A program made the translations under genes and the position numbers. From a virus, in the IMG/VR virus record IMGVR_UViG_3300017917_004222, positions 83,840 to 147,839 of that record: DNA of 64,000 bases. One strand, given 5' to 3'. Positions 55,929 to 64,000 of this stretch are shown one piece after another. Each line of letters begins with the position of its first letter. Position 1 is the stretch's first letter. The notes below the pieces were generated by a model. That model ran no database searches. It was not told the origin of the DNA and worked only from the letters and a program-made list of their open reading frames with translations.

Positions 55929-57398
55929 ATGAAAACCTGCACCATTGTTATCAAAGACGAAGTTAATATTCGACTTATTGGGCTTGATTTGGATGTGCGC
56001 AAGACCCTAGTCAACACATTCAAATACGAGAATCCCGCAGCAAGATACATTCCATCAGTTCGTCTGGGACGTTGGGACGGCAAAGTGGCGTATGCACAGT
56101 TGGGCGGCAGCACCTACACCAACCTGTTGCCTGAAATCTTGCCCATACTGGAACGCTACAACTATGACGTGGAAGTGGATGATCAGCGTGACTACTCCAC
56201 CACATTTGAGTTCCAAGAGGTAACTGAACAGAGCTGGGCACATCGTTGTTGGCCCGATGGACACCCTGCAGCAGGGCAACCCATACAGTTGCGTGACTAC
56301 CAGGTGGAGATCGTCAACAATTTCTTGGCCAACCCGCAGTGTGTGCAAGAAGTGGCCACAGGTGCAGGCAAGACCATCATGACAGCCACACTCAGTGCCG
56401 CTGTGCAACAGCACGGGCGAAGCATTGTGATTGTGCCCAACAAGGATCTGGTGCGCCAAACCGAGCGAGATTATCGCAACGTAGGACTAGACGTTGGTGT
56501 GTATTTTGGCGATCGCAAAGAGCATGGCCACCAACACACCATCTGCACCTGGCAGAGTCTCAACGTGCTGCTCAAGAACACCCAGAGCGGCAGTGCCGAA
56601 ATTACCATTCAAGACTTCATTGAGGGTGTGGTCTGTGTCATGGTGGACGAAGTGCACATGGCCAAGGCCGATGCACTCAAGACCCTGTTGACCGGAGTCA
56701 TGAGCCGCATTCCCATTCGCTGGGGCTTGACTGGCACAGTGCCCAAGGAAAAGTTTGAAAGCCAAGCACTGCTGGTCAGTCTGGGACCTGTGGTGGGGCG
56801 ACTCAGTGCCAATGAACTGCAACAGCAAGGTGTGTTGGCTCAGTGCCATGTGAACATTGTGCAACTGCAGGATCATGTTGAGTTTCCGGACTATCAGAAA
56901 GAGCTCAAGTATCTCTTGGAAGAGCGTGGCCGCTTGGACACCATGGCCCAGCTGATTCAGCAGGTGAACGAGACTGGTAACACCCTGGTGCTGGTGGATC
57001 GTGTGAGTGCCGGACATGCGCTGTTGGAACGCTTGGGGGACCGTGCTGTGTTTGTGTCAGGAGCAACCAAAGGCACCAAGCGTCAAGAAGAATACGATCA
57101 AGTGGCCGAGTCTGACGACAAGATCATCATAGCCACATATGGTGTGGCCGCTGTGGGTATCAACATTCCCAGGATCTTTAACCTGGTGCTGATTGAACCT
57201 GGCAAGAGCTTTGTGCGTGTGATTCAAAGCATCGGGCGTGGCATTCGCAAGGCCGAAGACAAGGACCATGTGGAAATCTGGGACGTGACCAGCACCTGCA
57301 AGTTTGCCAAGCGCCACTTGACCAAGCGCAAGGCCTACTATCGCGAAGCCAACTACCCATTCAGTCAGGAAAAACTCGACTGGATGAAGGTGGCTTGA
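55929..57398 (+). CDS. uvsW: SF2 DNA helicase
   Basis: 'LRDYQ', 'ATGAGKT', 'VDEVH', 'GLTGT', 'QSIGRGIR'. Confidence 0.9.
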   Translation: MKTCTIVIKDEVNIRLIGLDLDVRKTLVNTFKYENPAARYIPSVRLGRWDGKVAYAQLGGSTYTNLLPEILPILERYNYDVEVDDQRDYSTTFEFQEVTEQSWAHRCWPDGHPAAGQPIQLRDYQVEIVNNFLANPQCVQEVATGAGKTIMTATLSAAVQQHGRSIVIVPNKDLVRQTERDYRNVGLDVGVYFGDRKEHGHQHTICTWQSLNVLLKNTQSGSAEITIQDFIEGVVCVMVDEVHMAKADALKTLLTGVMSRIPIRWGLTGTVPKEKFESQALLVSLGPVVGRLSANELQQQGVLAQCHVNIVQLQDHVEFPDYQKELKYLLEERGRLDTMAQLIQQVNETGNTLVLVDRVSAGHALLERLGDRAVFVSGATKGTKRQEEYDQVAESDDKIIIATYGVAAVGINIPRIFNLVLIEPGKSFVRVIQSIGRGIRKAEDKDHVEIWDVTSTCKFAKRHLTKRKAYYREANYPFSQEKLDWMKVA

Positions 57399-57435
57399 TA
57401 TTGACTTTTGTAACGCAATCAAGTAACATAGTCAC

Positions 57436-57939
57436 ATGAGAATACTCAACCTTGACCATAACCAATTTTACGACCTTGACCACCTGCCAGACGAAATCGA
57501 CGACATGCGGTTTGCTATTCTGGACAACAGTGACCCCAAAGAGCCCGACTATCACTTTATTCCCTTGATCTTTCTTGAAAGCTTCACAGCACCTGCCCTG
57601 GTTCTCAAGATAGGCGATAACACCATCAAAATGCCTGTGGACTGGCAGGTGCTGATTGGTGAACCCGAAGTGGGTGACTTGGAAATGCTGCCGCTCACAT
57701 CCATCAATGATCGCGGCTTCAAGGTGTTTGAATTCAATCCCATCAGCAGCTACCGGCCCAGCTTTTTGCCCATTGAGATAGTGGATGTGTATCACGAAGT
57801 CACATGGTACGCACCCAAACTCAAGAACGGGCAGATGTTGGCGGTGCCCATCAACAACGATCCCCAACCGGCCTGTGTGTACTTTGTCAAAGACATCAGC
57901 CGCAACTGCGAGATCGTGGACTACAACCAAGCATGGTGA
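57436..57939 (+). CDS. Hypothetical protein, probably leaderless
   Basis: TTGACT(57401)-17 nt-TAACAT, with the ATG 6 nt later. Confidence 0.7.
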   Translation: MRILNLDHNQFYDLDHLPDEIDDMRFAILDNSDPKEPDYHFIPLIFLESFTAPALVLKIGDNTIKMPVDWQVLIGEPEVGDLEMLPLTSINDRGFKVFEFNPISSYRPSFLPIEIVDVYHEVTWYAPKLKNGQMLAVPINNDPQPACVYFVKDISRNCEIVDYNQAW

Positions 57940-57942
57940 CCC

Positions 57943-58092
57943 ATGGCACACTACACTGAACCCCAGATGTTTGAACAGCTGGACCGCATGGTCCGCATCT
58001 ACTTGGAAAGCTGGCCCAACGATCGCGAGCAATTGGAACGCTTCTTGCGCTGGGCCCACAGTCAATACGGATACGAGTATGGGAAGTCTTAA
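57943..58092 (+). CDS. Small hypothetical protein (49 aa, MAHYTEPQMFEQLD...), not in the ORF track
   Basis: Fills the gap between coupled genes. Confidence 0.5.
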   Translation: MAHYTEPQMFEQLDRMVRIYLESWPNDREQLERFLRWAHSQYGYEYGKS

Positions 58093-58327
58093 GCCTGGCG
58101 CTACCCTGATCTACGAGCATTCAGGCGGCATAACCTATGCTCGTGAGTTCGGGCAGACTCAGAGACGAGTGGTTGTCATTGACATCGACTCTGCCCAGCG
58201 CGGCTCACAGGCCCAGGAAATTGCCGAGTGGTTGGACGTGCTCGCAGCAGCAAAGGCCAATCCTGCATTGCAAGATGCTGTGGATCGTGTTAAAGTGCTG
58301 TACAACCTGAGCAAAACACATGAGTGA
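58079..58327 (+). CDS. Hypothetical protein
   Basis: 'MGSLKPGATLIYE..ITYAREFG..NPALQDAVDRVKVLYNLSK'. Confidence 0.6.
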   Translation: MGSLKPGATLIYEHSGGITYAREFGQTQRRVVVIDIDSAQRGSQAQEIAEWLDVLAAAKANPALQDAVDRVKVLYNLSKTHE

Positions 58328-58763
58328 CAAACTTTCAATCGCCAACGAAATGCGGCAACTGGATAGCAAGAACCGCGACTTTTACGACGAACTCACGCCC
58401 GAGGAACGCAAGAAGTTCAGCACATTCCTCATGCTGCGCTGGGGCTCGGCAGTGGAAGGCAGTCGTGAACTGCAGGAATACTATGTGCAGAGCTGCAACC
58501 ACTATCTCAACCGGCATTTCTTTGCCATGAGCCGTCATCCCAAACTGCAGTGGCTGATGGCCACTGCAGTGAGTCCGGGCATGGGCACCATGCGGCACAA
58601 CTGGATTGCACCCAAGAAGAAAGAATCTGGTGCCAGCGCCCGTCGTCGCGCCCTGCAAGAAATCTTCCCGCACTACAAGGACGACGAGATAGATGTCATG
58701 ATGTCCTTGACCACTCAGAAAGAAATTGACCAATACCTCAAGCAAGCCGGACAGGAAAAATGA
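58320..58763 (+). CDS. Clamp-loader small subunit-like (gp62-like)
   Basis: 'KKFSTFLMLRWGS..HPKLQW..HNWI'; size and replication-cluster context fit. Confidence 0.5.
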   Translation: MSDKLSIANEMRQLDSKNRDFYDELTPEERKKFSTFLMLRWGSAVEGSRELQEYYVQSCNHYLNRHFFAMSRHPKLQWLMATAVSPGMGTMRHNWIAPKKKESGASARRRALQEIFPHYKDDEIDVMMSLTTQKEIDQYLKQAGQEK

Positions 58764-59434
58764 GCTTTCAGTGTGAGTTTTGTTCCAAGACCTTTGCCAA
58801 AGAAAGCACAGTGGTCAGCCACATGTGCGAAGCCAAACGCAGACGCATGGAGCAACACGAGCGAGGTGTGCAACTGGGTCTCAACGCATATTTGCAGTTC
58901 TATCGCACCATGAATCGTTCGGGACGTGCCCGAACCTTTGATGACTTTGCTGCATCGCCCTACTACAAGGCCTTTGTGAAGTTTGGTAGATACTGTGTGG
59001 ACATACGTGCTGTCAACCCCGCACGGTTCATTGACTGGCTGTTGAAGAATCAAAAGCGTATCGACAACTGGTGCAGCGATCGCATGTATTCGGACTACCT
59101 AGTGGATCTTTTGCAGAGCGAGGCAGTGAGCGATGCCCTGATTCGCAGCATTGAGTCCAGTGTGGAATGGGGCGAGCGCAACGGCTACCCGCCGCATGAT
59201 TGGTTGAGATACGGCAACCGCAGCGCTCTTTGCCACTCCGTTGTGACTGGCAAACTCAGTCCCTGGGCAGTGTATTGCTCGGAGTCAGGACAAGCGCTGC
59301 TCAACGACTTGGACAGCCAACAGCTGACCATGATATGGCCCTACATTGACTCAGATCGCTGGCAAAAAATTCTGGCTGACTCCCAAGGCGATCGAGCATA
59401 CGCAACAGAAATTTTGAAACAAGCAGGATGGTAA
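58760..59434 (+). CDS. Hypothetical protein with N-terminal zinc finger
   Basis: 'FQCEFCSKTF.KE....SHMC'. Confidence 0.65.
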   Translation: MSFQCEFCSKTFAKESTVVSHMCEAKRRRMEQHERGVQLGLNAYLQFYRTMNRSGRARTFDDFAASPYYKAFVKFGRYCVDIRAVNPARFIDWLLKNQKRIDNWCSDRMYSDYLVDLLQSEAVSDALIRSIESSVEWGERNGYPPHDWLRYGNRSALCHSVVTGKLSPWAVYCSESGQALLNDLDSQQLTMIWPYIDSDRWQKILADSQGDRAYATEILKQAGW

Positions 59435-59435
59435 C

Positions 59436-59789
59436 ATGGTAAACAACATCACAGGAGGCCCAGGCATACATGTGTCGGGCAATGGCTATTCCATGCCCTA
59501 CATCAACATGGGCGCACCAGACGCTGGACGAGTGCGATACAACGGTGCTTCGTTTGAGGTCTATGATGGCAATGGATGGCGACAATTGACAACAACATTT
59601 CCGCAGATCGGCTTGGATAGCGAAGTACAGTCGGTAATTCAGTGGGTTCGGAATCAAATGGCCCGTGATCAACAGCGTCAGGCGCTGGCCCGAACCAGTC
59701 CTGCAGTGGCCGATGCCTTGGCTGCACTGGAACAAGCTGAACAACAGCTTGACATTGTGATGGCCTTGGTACAGAAGAACACACCATGA
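59436..59789 (+). CDS. Hypothetical protein
   Basis: 117 aa, coupled to its neighbours. Confidence 0.6.
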   Translation: MVNNITGGPGIHVSGNGYSMPYINMGAPDAGRVRYNGASFEVYDGNGWRQLTTTFPQIGLDSEVQSVIQWVRNQMARDQQRQALARTSPAVADALAALEQAEQQLDIVMALVQKNTP

Positions 59790-60373
59790 GCGCAGATATT
59801 GACATTGACGTGCCCGACCGGGATGCTGTGCTGAAGTTGATTCAGCACACTCCGGCGCGCATTGTGGTAGATGGGCAGCCGCGCCGTCACAACTCGGGCA
59901 TCTATGTGACTGAAATTCCCCGGGATCCTGTGCATGGCTGTGCTGCCTTGGACTACAAGACAGCAGAACAGCGTGGCTATTTCAAGATTGACTTGTTGAA
60001 CATGAGTGTGTACAGCTTGATCCGCGATCCTGCACACTATGAGCAACTGCTGGCAACAGAGCCTCCCTGGGATCGATTGTGGACTGATCCCGTCTGGACT
60101 GGTCAACTGGTTCACGTGGGCAATTATGCGGATCTACTGCAAAGCATGCGACCAGATTCCATACCCAGAATGGCAGCGTTTATATCAGTGATTCGTCCGG
60201 GCAAAGCACACCTACAACGACGCCCGTGGAACGAAGTGTTTGCTAGTGTATGGGATGGGGACGACAGCCGAGGCTATACCTTCAAGAAGGCGCATGCGAT
60301 TTCTTATGCAGCCCTTGTGGCTCTGCACATGAATCTCCTGAACTCAGTTGATTCGTCGCACCAGCGTGATTGA
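59786..60373 (+). CDS. Miniature DNA polymerase III alpha (DnaE)-like protein
   Basis: 'ADIDID', 'HNSGIY', 'GYFKIDLL', 'VIRPG' and 'GYTFKKAHAISY' match DnaE motifs in order. Confidence 0.75.
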   Translation: MSADIDIDVPDRDAVLKLIQHTPARIVVDGQPRRHNSGIYVTEIPRDPVHGCAALDYKTAEQRGYFKIDLLNMSVYSLIRDPAHYEQLLATEPPWDRLWTDPVWTGQLVHVGNYADLLQSMRPDSIPRMAAFISVIRPGKAHLQRRPWNEVFASVWDGDDSRGYTFKKAHAISYAALVALHMNLLNSVDSSHQRD

Positions 60374-60721
60374 TTTTCGTTTGGATTTTTTGCGGGATAT
60401 GTCCAACAAACTGCACACTGGTCCGTGGACAATTTCAAGGTCTTTGTTGTTGAACGTGCGCAGTGTGTGACGAAATTGATCCCATTCACCGCGTAGAAAA
60501 ATGTTTATGGGCAGGCTGCGATTGCTTTCCCACCACCATACCGAAGCCAGCTGCAAAAATTCAGCTTTTTGTTCAGCCGTAACTAGCACACCAATGTCAT
60601 ACATGGTGGTCACGTAGTCGTCTCGATTCTGTATAATGCCCACGTACTCTTCGTTGGCATACACACAGAGAGTTATGAACGGATACTTTTCAGCTAGTTT
60701 TGTTATAATGTCAGGGCCCAT
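60344..60721 (-). CDS. Hypothetical protein
   Basis: 'KYPFIT..EYVGIIQN..WWWESNRSLPINIFL'. Confidence 0.7.
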   Translation of the reverse strand: MGPDIITKLAEKYPFITLCVYANEEYVGIIQNRDDYVTTMYDIGVLVTAEQKAEFLQLASVWWWESNRSLPINIFLRGEWDQFRHTLRTFNNKDLEIVHGPVCSLLDISRKKSKRKSITLVRRIN

Positions 60722-60742
60722 AAATATTGTTTTGAGGATATC

Positions 60743-61816
60743 ATGTATTCCACCACCGTTTACTTATACCAACAGATAGTTCGGGTACTTTTGATTGACA
60801 CCGGCGGTGGGTATTTTACTGCGAGGTACGATCCCGTGTATGCAAAACAACTGACCGTCAACAAGGGCGTAGACAATGTTCTACTGTTTGAGTTCATCAA
60901 CCAAGATCAAAAACCAGTCAATGTGACTGGGTCAACATTTGTGTTTAGAATGGTGAGCCAAGATGGCAACCAGCTGTTGCTAGAGAAGCCCATGGAAATT
61001 CTCAGTGCCAGTCTGGGCCGTGCCAAAGTGGTGCTGGACACTGCTGACACCATAAACTTGGTAGCACAGCCAGCCAGCTACAGCATTCAACGCACCAGCG
61101 GCTCATATGTGCAGGCAGTGTATGTGGATGCCAACAGCCAAGCTCGTGCTGACTGCAATATTGTGGATTCGATACTGCCTGAGTTTGTGCCCAGCTCTCC
61201 GCTGACCATACCCACCATCTACGGCAAGGCCCAGGCCATGCAACCCGGGCCCACCAACTGGCCAGACTGGGCGCAGTATCCGCAACCGCAGAATTCAGTT
61301 CAACGCACCGAGTTCTACAGCAGTGAAATCCCCACCAACGGGCAGAGCCTGACCACCATAAAAATGGACATGGACCACTTTACTGGTACCGTGAAATTTC
61401 AGGCAGCAGAGAACTACCTGTCTGATTGGTTTGATGTAACACCCAGCCAAACATTCTTGAACGAAACCTCCACTCAGTACTTCAACGTGGTGGGCTTCTT
61501 CCCGCTGATTCGTGCAGCATTCAACAATCAATTTGGTTTCGGTGCAACTGCCACCGCACAGGTTTCGCCCGAAGGCGTACTTACTGGCATTGAGATTGGC
61601 AACCCTGGTTCGGGATACATTGCCCCGCCCCGAGTACAAATACTTGGACCTGGTGCAGGTGCTGTGGTAGAAGCGTCGGTGGGGGCCGACGGTGCTGTGG
61701 CGCAGTTCACAGTGATCAACGGCGGATCTGGATACTGGCCCATACAGTATCAGAGCTCGCAACGTGCCACTGTGTTGATTGACAACGGTACCATTACCAA
61801 CCTCCAATATCGTTGA
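60743..61816 (+). CDS. Virion/baseplate-like structural protein
   Basis: TAAATA at 60721; BppU-like N-terminus and C-terminal 'NPGSGY..PP.V/NGGSGY' repeats. Confidence 0.6.
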   Translation: MYSTTVYLYQQIVRVLLIDTGGGYFTARYDPVYAKQLTVNKGVDNVLLFEFINQDQKPVNVTGSTFVFRMVSQDGNQLLLEKPMEILSASLGRAKVVLDTADTINLVAQPASYSIQRTSGSYVQAVYVDANSQARADCNIVDSILPEFVPSSPLTIPTIYGKAQAMQPGPTNWPDWAQYPQPQNSVQRTEFYSSEIPTNGQSLTTIKMDMDHFTGTVKFQAAENYLSDWFDVTPSQTFLNETSTQYFNVVGFFPLIRAAFNNQFGFGATATAQVSPEGVLTGIEIGNPGSGYIAPPRVQILGPGAGAVVEASVGADGAVAQFTVINGGSGYWPIQYQSSQRATVLIDNGTITNLQYR

Positions 61817-61848
61817 TTTGTTTTAGCTGTTAAATGATAAGTAGGTGT

Positions 61849-62496
61849 ATGAAGTACATCTACCTTATAACCTCGCCTTCGGGAAAACAATATATTGGAA
61901 AAAGTACAGTGTCGCCAGAAGAAAAATCAACACTGTATCAATCTGCAGCCAAATACCATACGGATATAAAACGTCCAATCTTAGAAGCGATTCGCAAGTA
62001 TGGGTGGGGCAACATGTCTTTCGAGATGATTGAACGAAATGATAGTTGGACATCGGCGGAACTGAATGAACGAGAAAAGTATTGGATAAAGAACTACAAT
62101 ACATTAGAAAATGGGTACAATGTTACGTCAGGTGGCGACGGGCACGATTCAGAATCTGCAAAGTTATTCTGGAAAACCGTTTCAGCAGAGTGGAAAGCCA
62201 GGAGATCCATAAACTGCAGCATAGGTCAAAAAAGAAGATACGAAAAATCAACGGACTCTGAAGTAACAAAAAAACGAAAAAGCGACTCGCACAAAGGATC
62301 TTATAGGGTAACATCGCCTGACGGGAGAGAGTGGATTACCAATCTCGGGCTTAAAGAATTTGCCGAAACACATCAAGACGAGCTAAAAATAACTTACTGG
62401 CAGTTGTTTTCTGCATACAGAAAGTGTTATAGTAACAAACAAATTTCAGTCAGACGAAATAACGAAAATCTTTGGAAAGTAGAACGGCTTGATTGA
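61849..62496 (+). mobile_element. GIY-YIG homing endonuclease
   Basis: 'YIYLIT..GKQYIGKS', 'AIRKYG', 'EKYWI..GYNVTSGG'; AT-rich. Confidence 0.85.
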
Positions 62497-63502
62497 CATA
62501 CTATCGTATTGGAGAACCGGCAGAAAAACCAAGACCACACCGTCGGGCTGGGTGTCGGGCAATGCGCCGTGCTGCCAGCACAACGGCCAGAGTCCTGACC
62601 ACAGAGGTCGCGGAGGTATCAAGGTAACCGACGGCGCCTGGAGTTATTCGTGCTTCAACTGCGGCTACACTGCCAGCTTTGCTCTGGGCCGAGCCGTGAG
62701 TTTCAAAGCACGTCGATTGCTGACCTGGTTGGGTGTGCCCGAGCAGGAAATTGAACTGTTGTCTTTGGAAACTCTAAGGCATCGCAGTGTGCATGGCATC
62801 CTGGATGACCGTGCCCGAGCATACAACATCTTGGCTGGGTTTGACTTTGAAGAGCGCGAACTGCCACCCGGCTGCGAAGTGATCACCCCAGAACTGCCGC
62901 TGTATTGGAACTACTGTCGCGACCGTCAACTGCCCCTGGACTTTCCCTTGCTCACGCCCATACGCAATGATGGCATACACTGGACCAGGCCATTTGTGGT
63001 CATACCGTTCACCTATGACAATCGTGTGGTGGGCTACACAGCACGGGCTTTGGACGGACGTGCACCCAAATACTTGTCCAACTCACAGCCGGGCTATGTG
63101 TTTGGCATTGACCTACAGGGCACAGACTGGACACATGTGCTGGTCATGGAGGGTGTGATTGATGCACTGTGTATAGGTGGCACCGCAGTCATGCACAACA
63201 CCATTTCGGATGAGCAGGCACGACTGATTCGCAGCCTGGGCCGTGAAATCACTGTGGTGCCCGACCATGACCGTGCAGGCTTGGAACTGATAGACCGAGC
63301 CATGGAACTGGGTTGGGCAGTGAGCATACCCGACTGGCCAGACGATGTCAAAGATGTGAACGATGCAGTAAAGAAATATGGTCGCCTGGCCACACTGCTA
63401 ACTATCATGCAGGCCCGGGAAACCAGCCGAATCAAAATCGAACTAAGGAAGCGTCAACTTGTTAAACGAATACAACATCGAGATCCAAAAGCTGTTTCTT
63501 GA
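62489..63502 (+). CDS. gp61: DNA primase (gp61-like)
   Basis: Zinc-binding 'CC..H..CFNCG', 'GYTAR', TOPRIM 'VMEGVIDA', 'PDHD', 'KDVND'. Confidence 0.85.
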   Translation: MIDILSYWRTGRKTKTTPSGWVSGNAPCCQHNGQSPDHRGRGGIKVTDGAWSYSCFNCGYTASFALGRAVSFKARRLLTWLGVPEQEIELLSLETLRHRSVHGILDDRARAYNILAGFDFEERELPPGCEVITPELPLYWNYCRDRQLPLDFPLLTPIRNDGIHWTRPFVVIPFTYDNRVVGYTARALDGRAPKYLSNSQPGYVFGIDLQGTDWTHVLVMEGVIDALCIGGTAVMHNTISDEQARLIRSLGREITVVPDHDRAGLELIDRAMELGWAVSIPDWPDDVKDVNDAVKKYGRLATLLTIMQARETSRIKIELRKRQLVKRIQHRDPKAVS

Positions 63503-64000
63503 AATGATGCTGGAGGACGCACAGAGTTTTGTGCGTGTGGCCAACATCTACAACCCTGACAACTTTGACCGCAGTCTCAAGCCCGCTGCAGAGTTTCTCA
63601 AAGAGCACAGCACCAAATACGGCACCTTGCCCGAGCGTGTGCAGATTGCAGCCACCACAGGCGTCAAGCTGGAGGCTGTGCCCGAACTCAACGAGGGACA
63701 CTATGAGTGGTTCATGCGTGAGTTCGAGGGCTTTACCAAGCGCAAAGAACTGGAACGTGCTATTCTCAAGAGTGCAGACCTGCTGGACAAGGGCGAGTTT
63801 GAACCCGTGGAAAAGCTGATCAAGGATGCAGTGCAGATCAGCTTGACCAAGGACCTGGGCACTGACTATTGGGCAGATCCTGCAGATCGTATCAACCGCT
63901 ACTTCAACTCAGGCGGTCAGGTGTCGACAGGCTGGCCACAACTGGATCGACTGTTGTACGGTGGTTTCAGTCGTGGCGAACTCAACATCTTTGCAGGTGG
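63459..64000 (+). CDS. gp41: Replicative DnaB-like helicase (gp41-like), 3'-truncated by the window edge
   Basis: TTG 63459 opens LLNEYNIEIQKLFLEMM...; the window ends at 'STGWPQLDRLLYGGFSRGELNIFAG', just before Walker A. Confidence 0.85.
   Translation, partial: MLNEYNIEIQKLFLEMMLEDAQSFVRVANIYNPDNFDRSLKPAAEFLKEHSTKYGTLPERVQIAATTGVKLEAVPELNEGHYEWFMREFEGFTKRKELERAILKSADLLDKGEFEPVEKLIKDAVQISLTKDLGTDYWADPADRINRYFNSGGQVSTGWPQLDRLLYGGFSRGELNIFAG

Noticed and set aside
37095-57398. Inteins or introns in terminase, UvsX or UvsW
   Set aside because: Protein lengths are normal, motifs are contiguous, and no intein terminal signatures or frame breaks were seen.
57436-57939. Possible stand-alone Hint-like domain
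   Set aside because: Only a vague beta-rich impression with no N-terminal Cys/Ser or C-terminal His-Asn; a structure search is needed.
17648-58065. Long antisense ORFs (e.g. 17648-18604, 18583-19500, 24443-25441, 42424-43374, 53203-54240)
   Set aside because: They shadow well-supported genes on the other strand, lack RBS and motifs, and are expected from codon bias.
1-64000. Alternative genetic code (stop-codon reassignment)
   Set aside because: Core genes such as sheath, terminase, UvsX and UvsW are full length in the standard code, and coding density is high.

Overview
This is a 64-kb stretch of a T4-like myovirus genome (contractile tail, standard genetic code). Left to right: (1) tail-fibre and adhesin genes (1-13.7 kb), including an S74-chaperoned fibre and a 1670-aa Asp-box beta-propeller repeat protein; (2) neck/tail-completion genes and a NUDIX gene on the minus strand; (3) an island of sigma70-promoted early genes; (4) tail sheath, tail tube, head-completion nuclease and terminase genes, with small and large terminase separated by putative internal-head proteins; (5) gp32, uvsX and uvsY; (6) an 8-gene sugar-modification cluster; (7) a second early island with an AAA+ ATPase; (8) uvsW, clamp-loader small subunit, a miniature DnaE-like protein, primase and the start of a DnaB-like helicase. 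Four free-standing homing endonucleases are present. The strongest candidate for an undescribed system is a set of cassette-like polyproteins (38692-42159, 30178-32682, 32685-34328). In them, unrelated modules of about 50-120 aa are joined by a recurring (K/Q)-G-V-x-E linker that resembles a prohead-protease cleavage site and is also conserved at the DNA level. This suggests a shufflable array of small proteins that are packaged, cleaved and injected. Other notable signals are a structured GGCA-repeat RNA before gp32, likely leaderless transcripts (one nested inside the AAA+ gene), a palindromic bidirectional late promoter and an ATT start codon. All functional calls come from motif recognition by eye; no database search was run.
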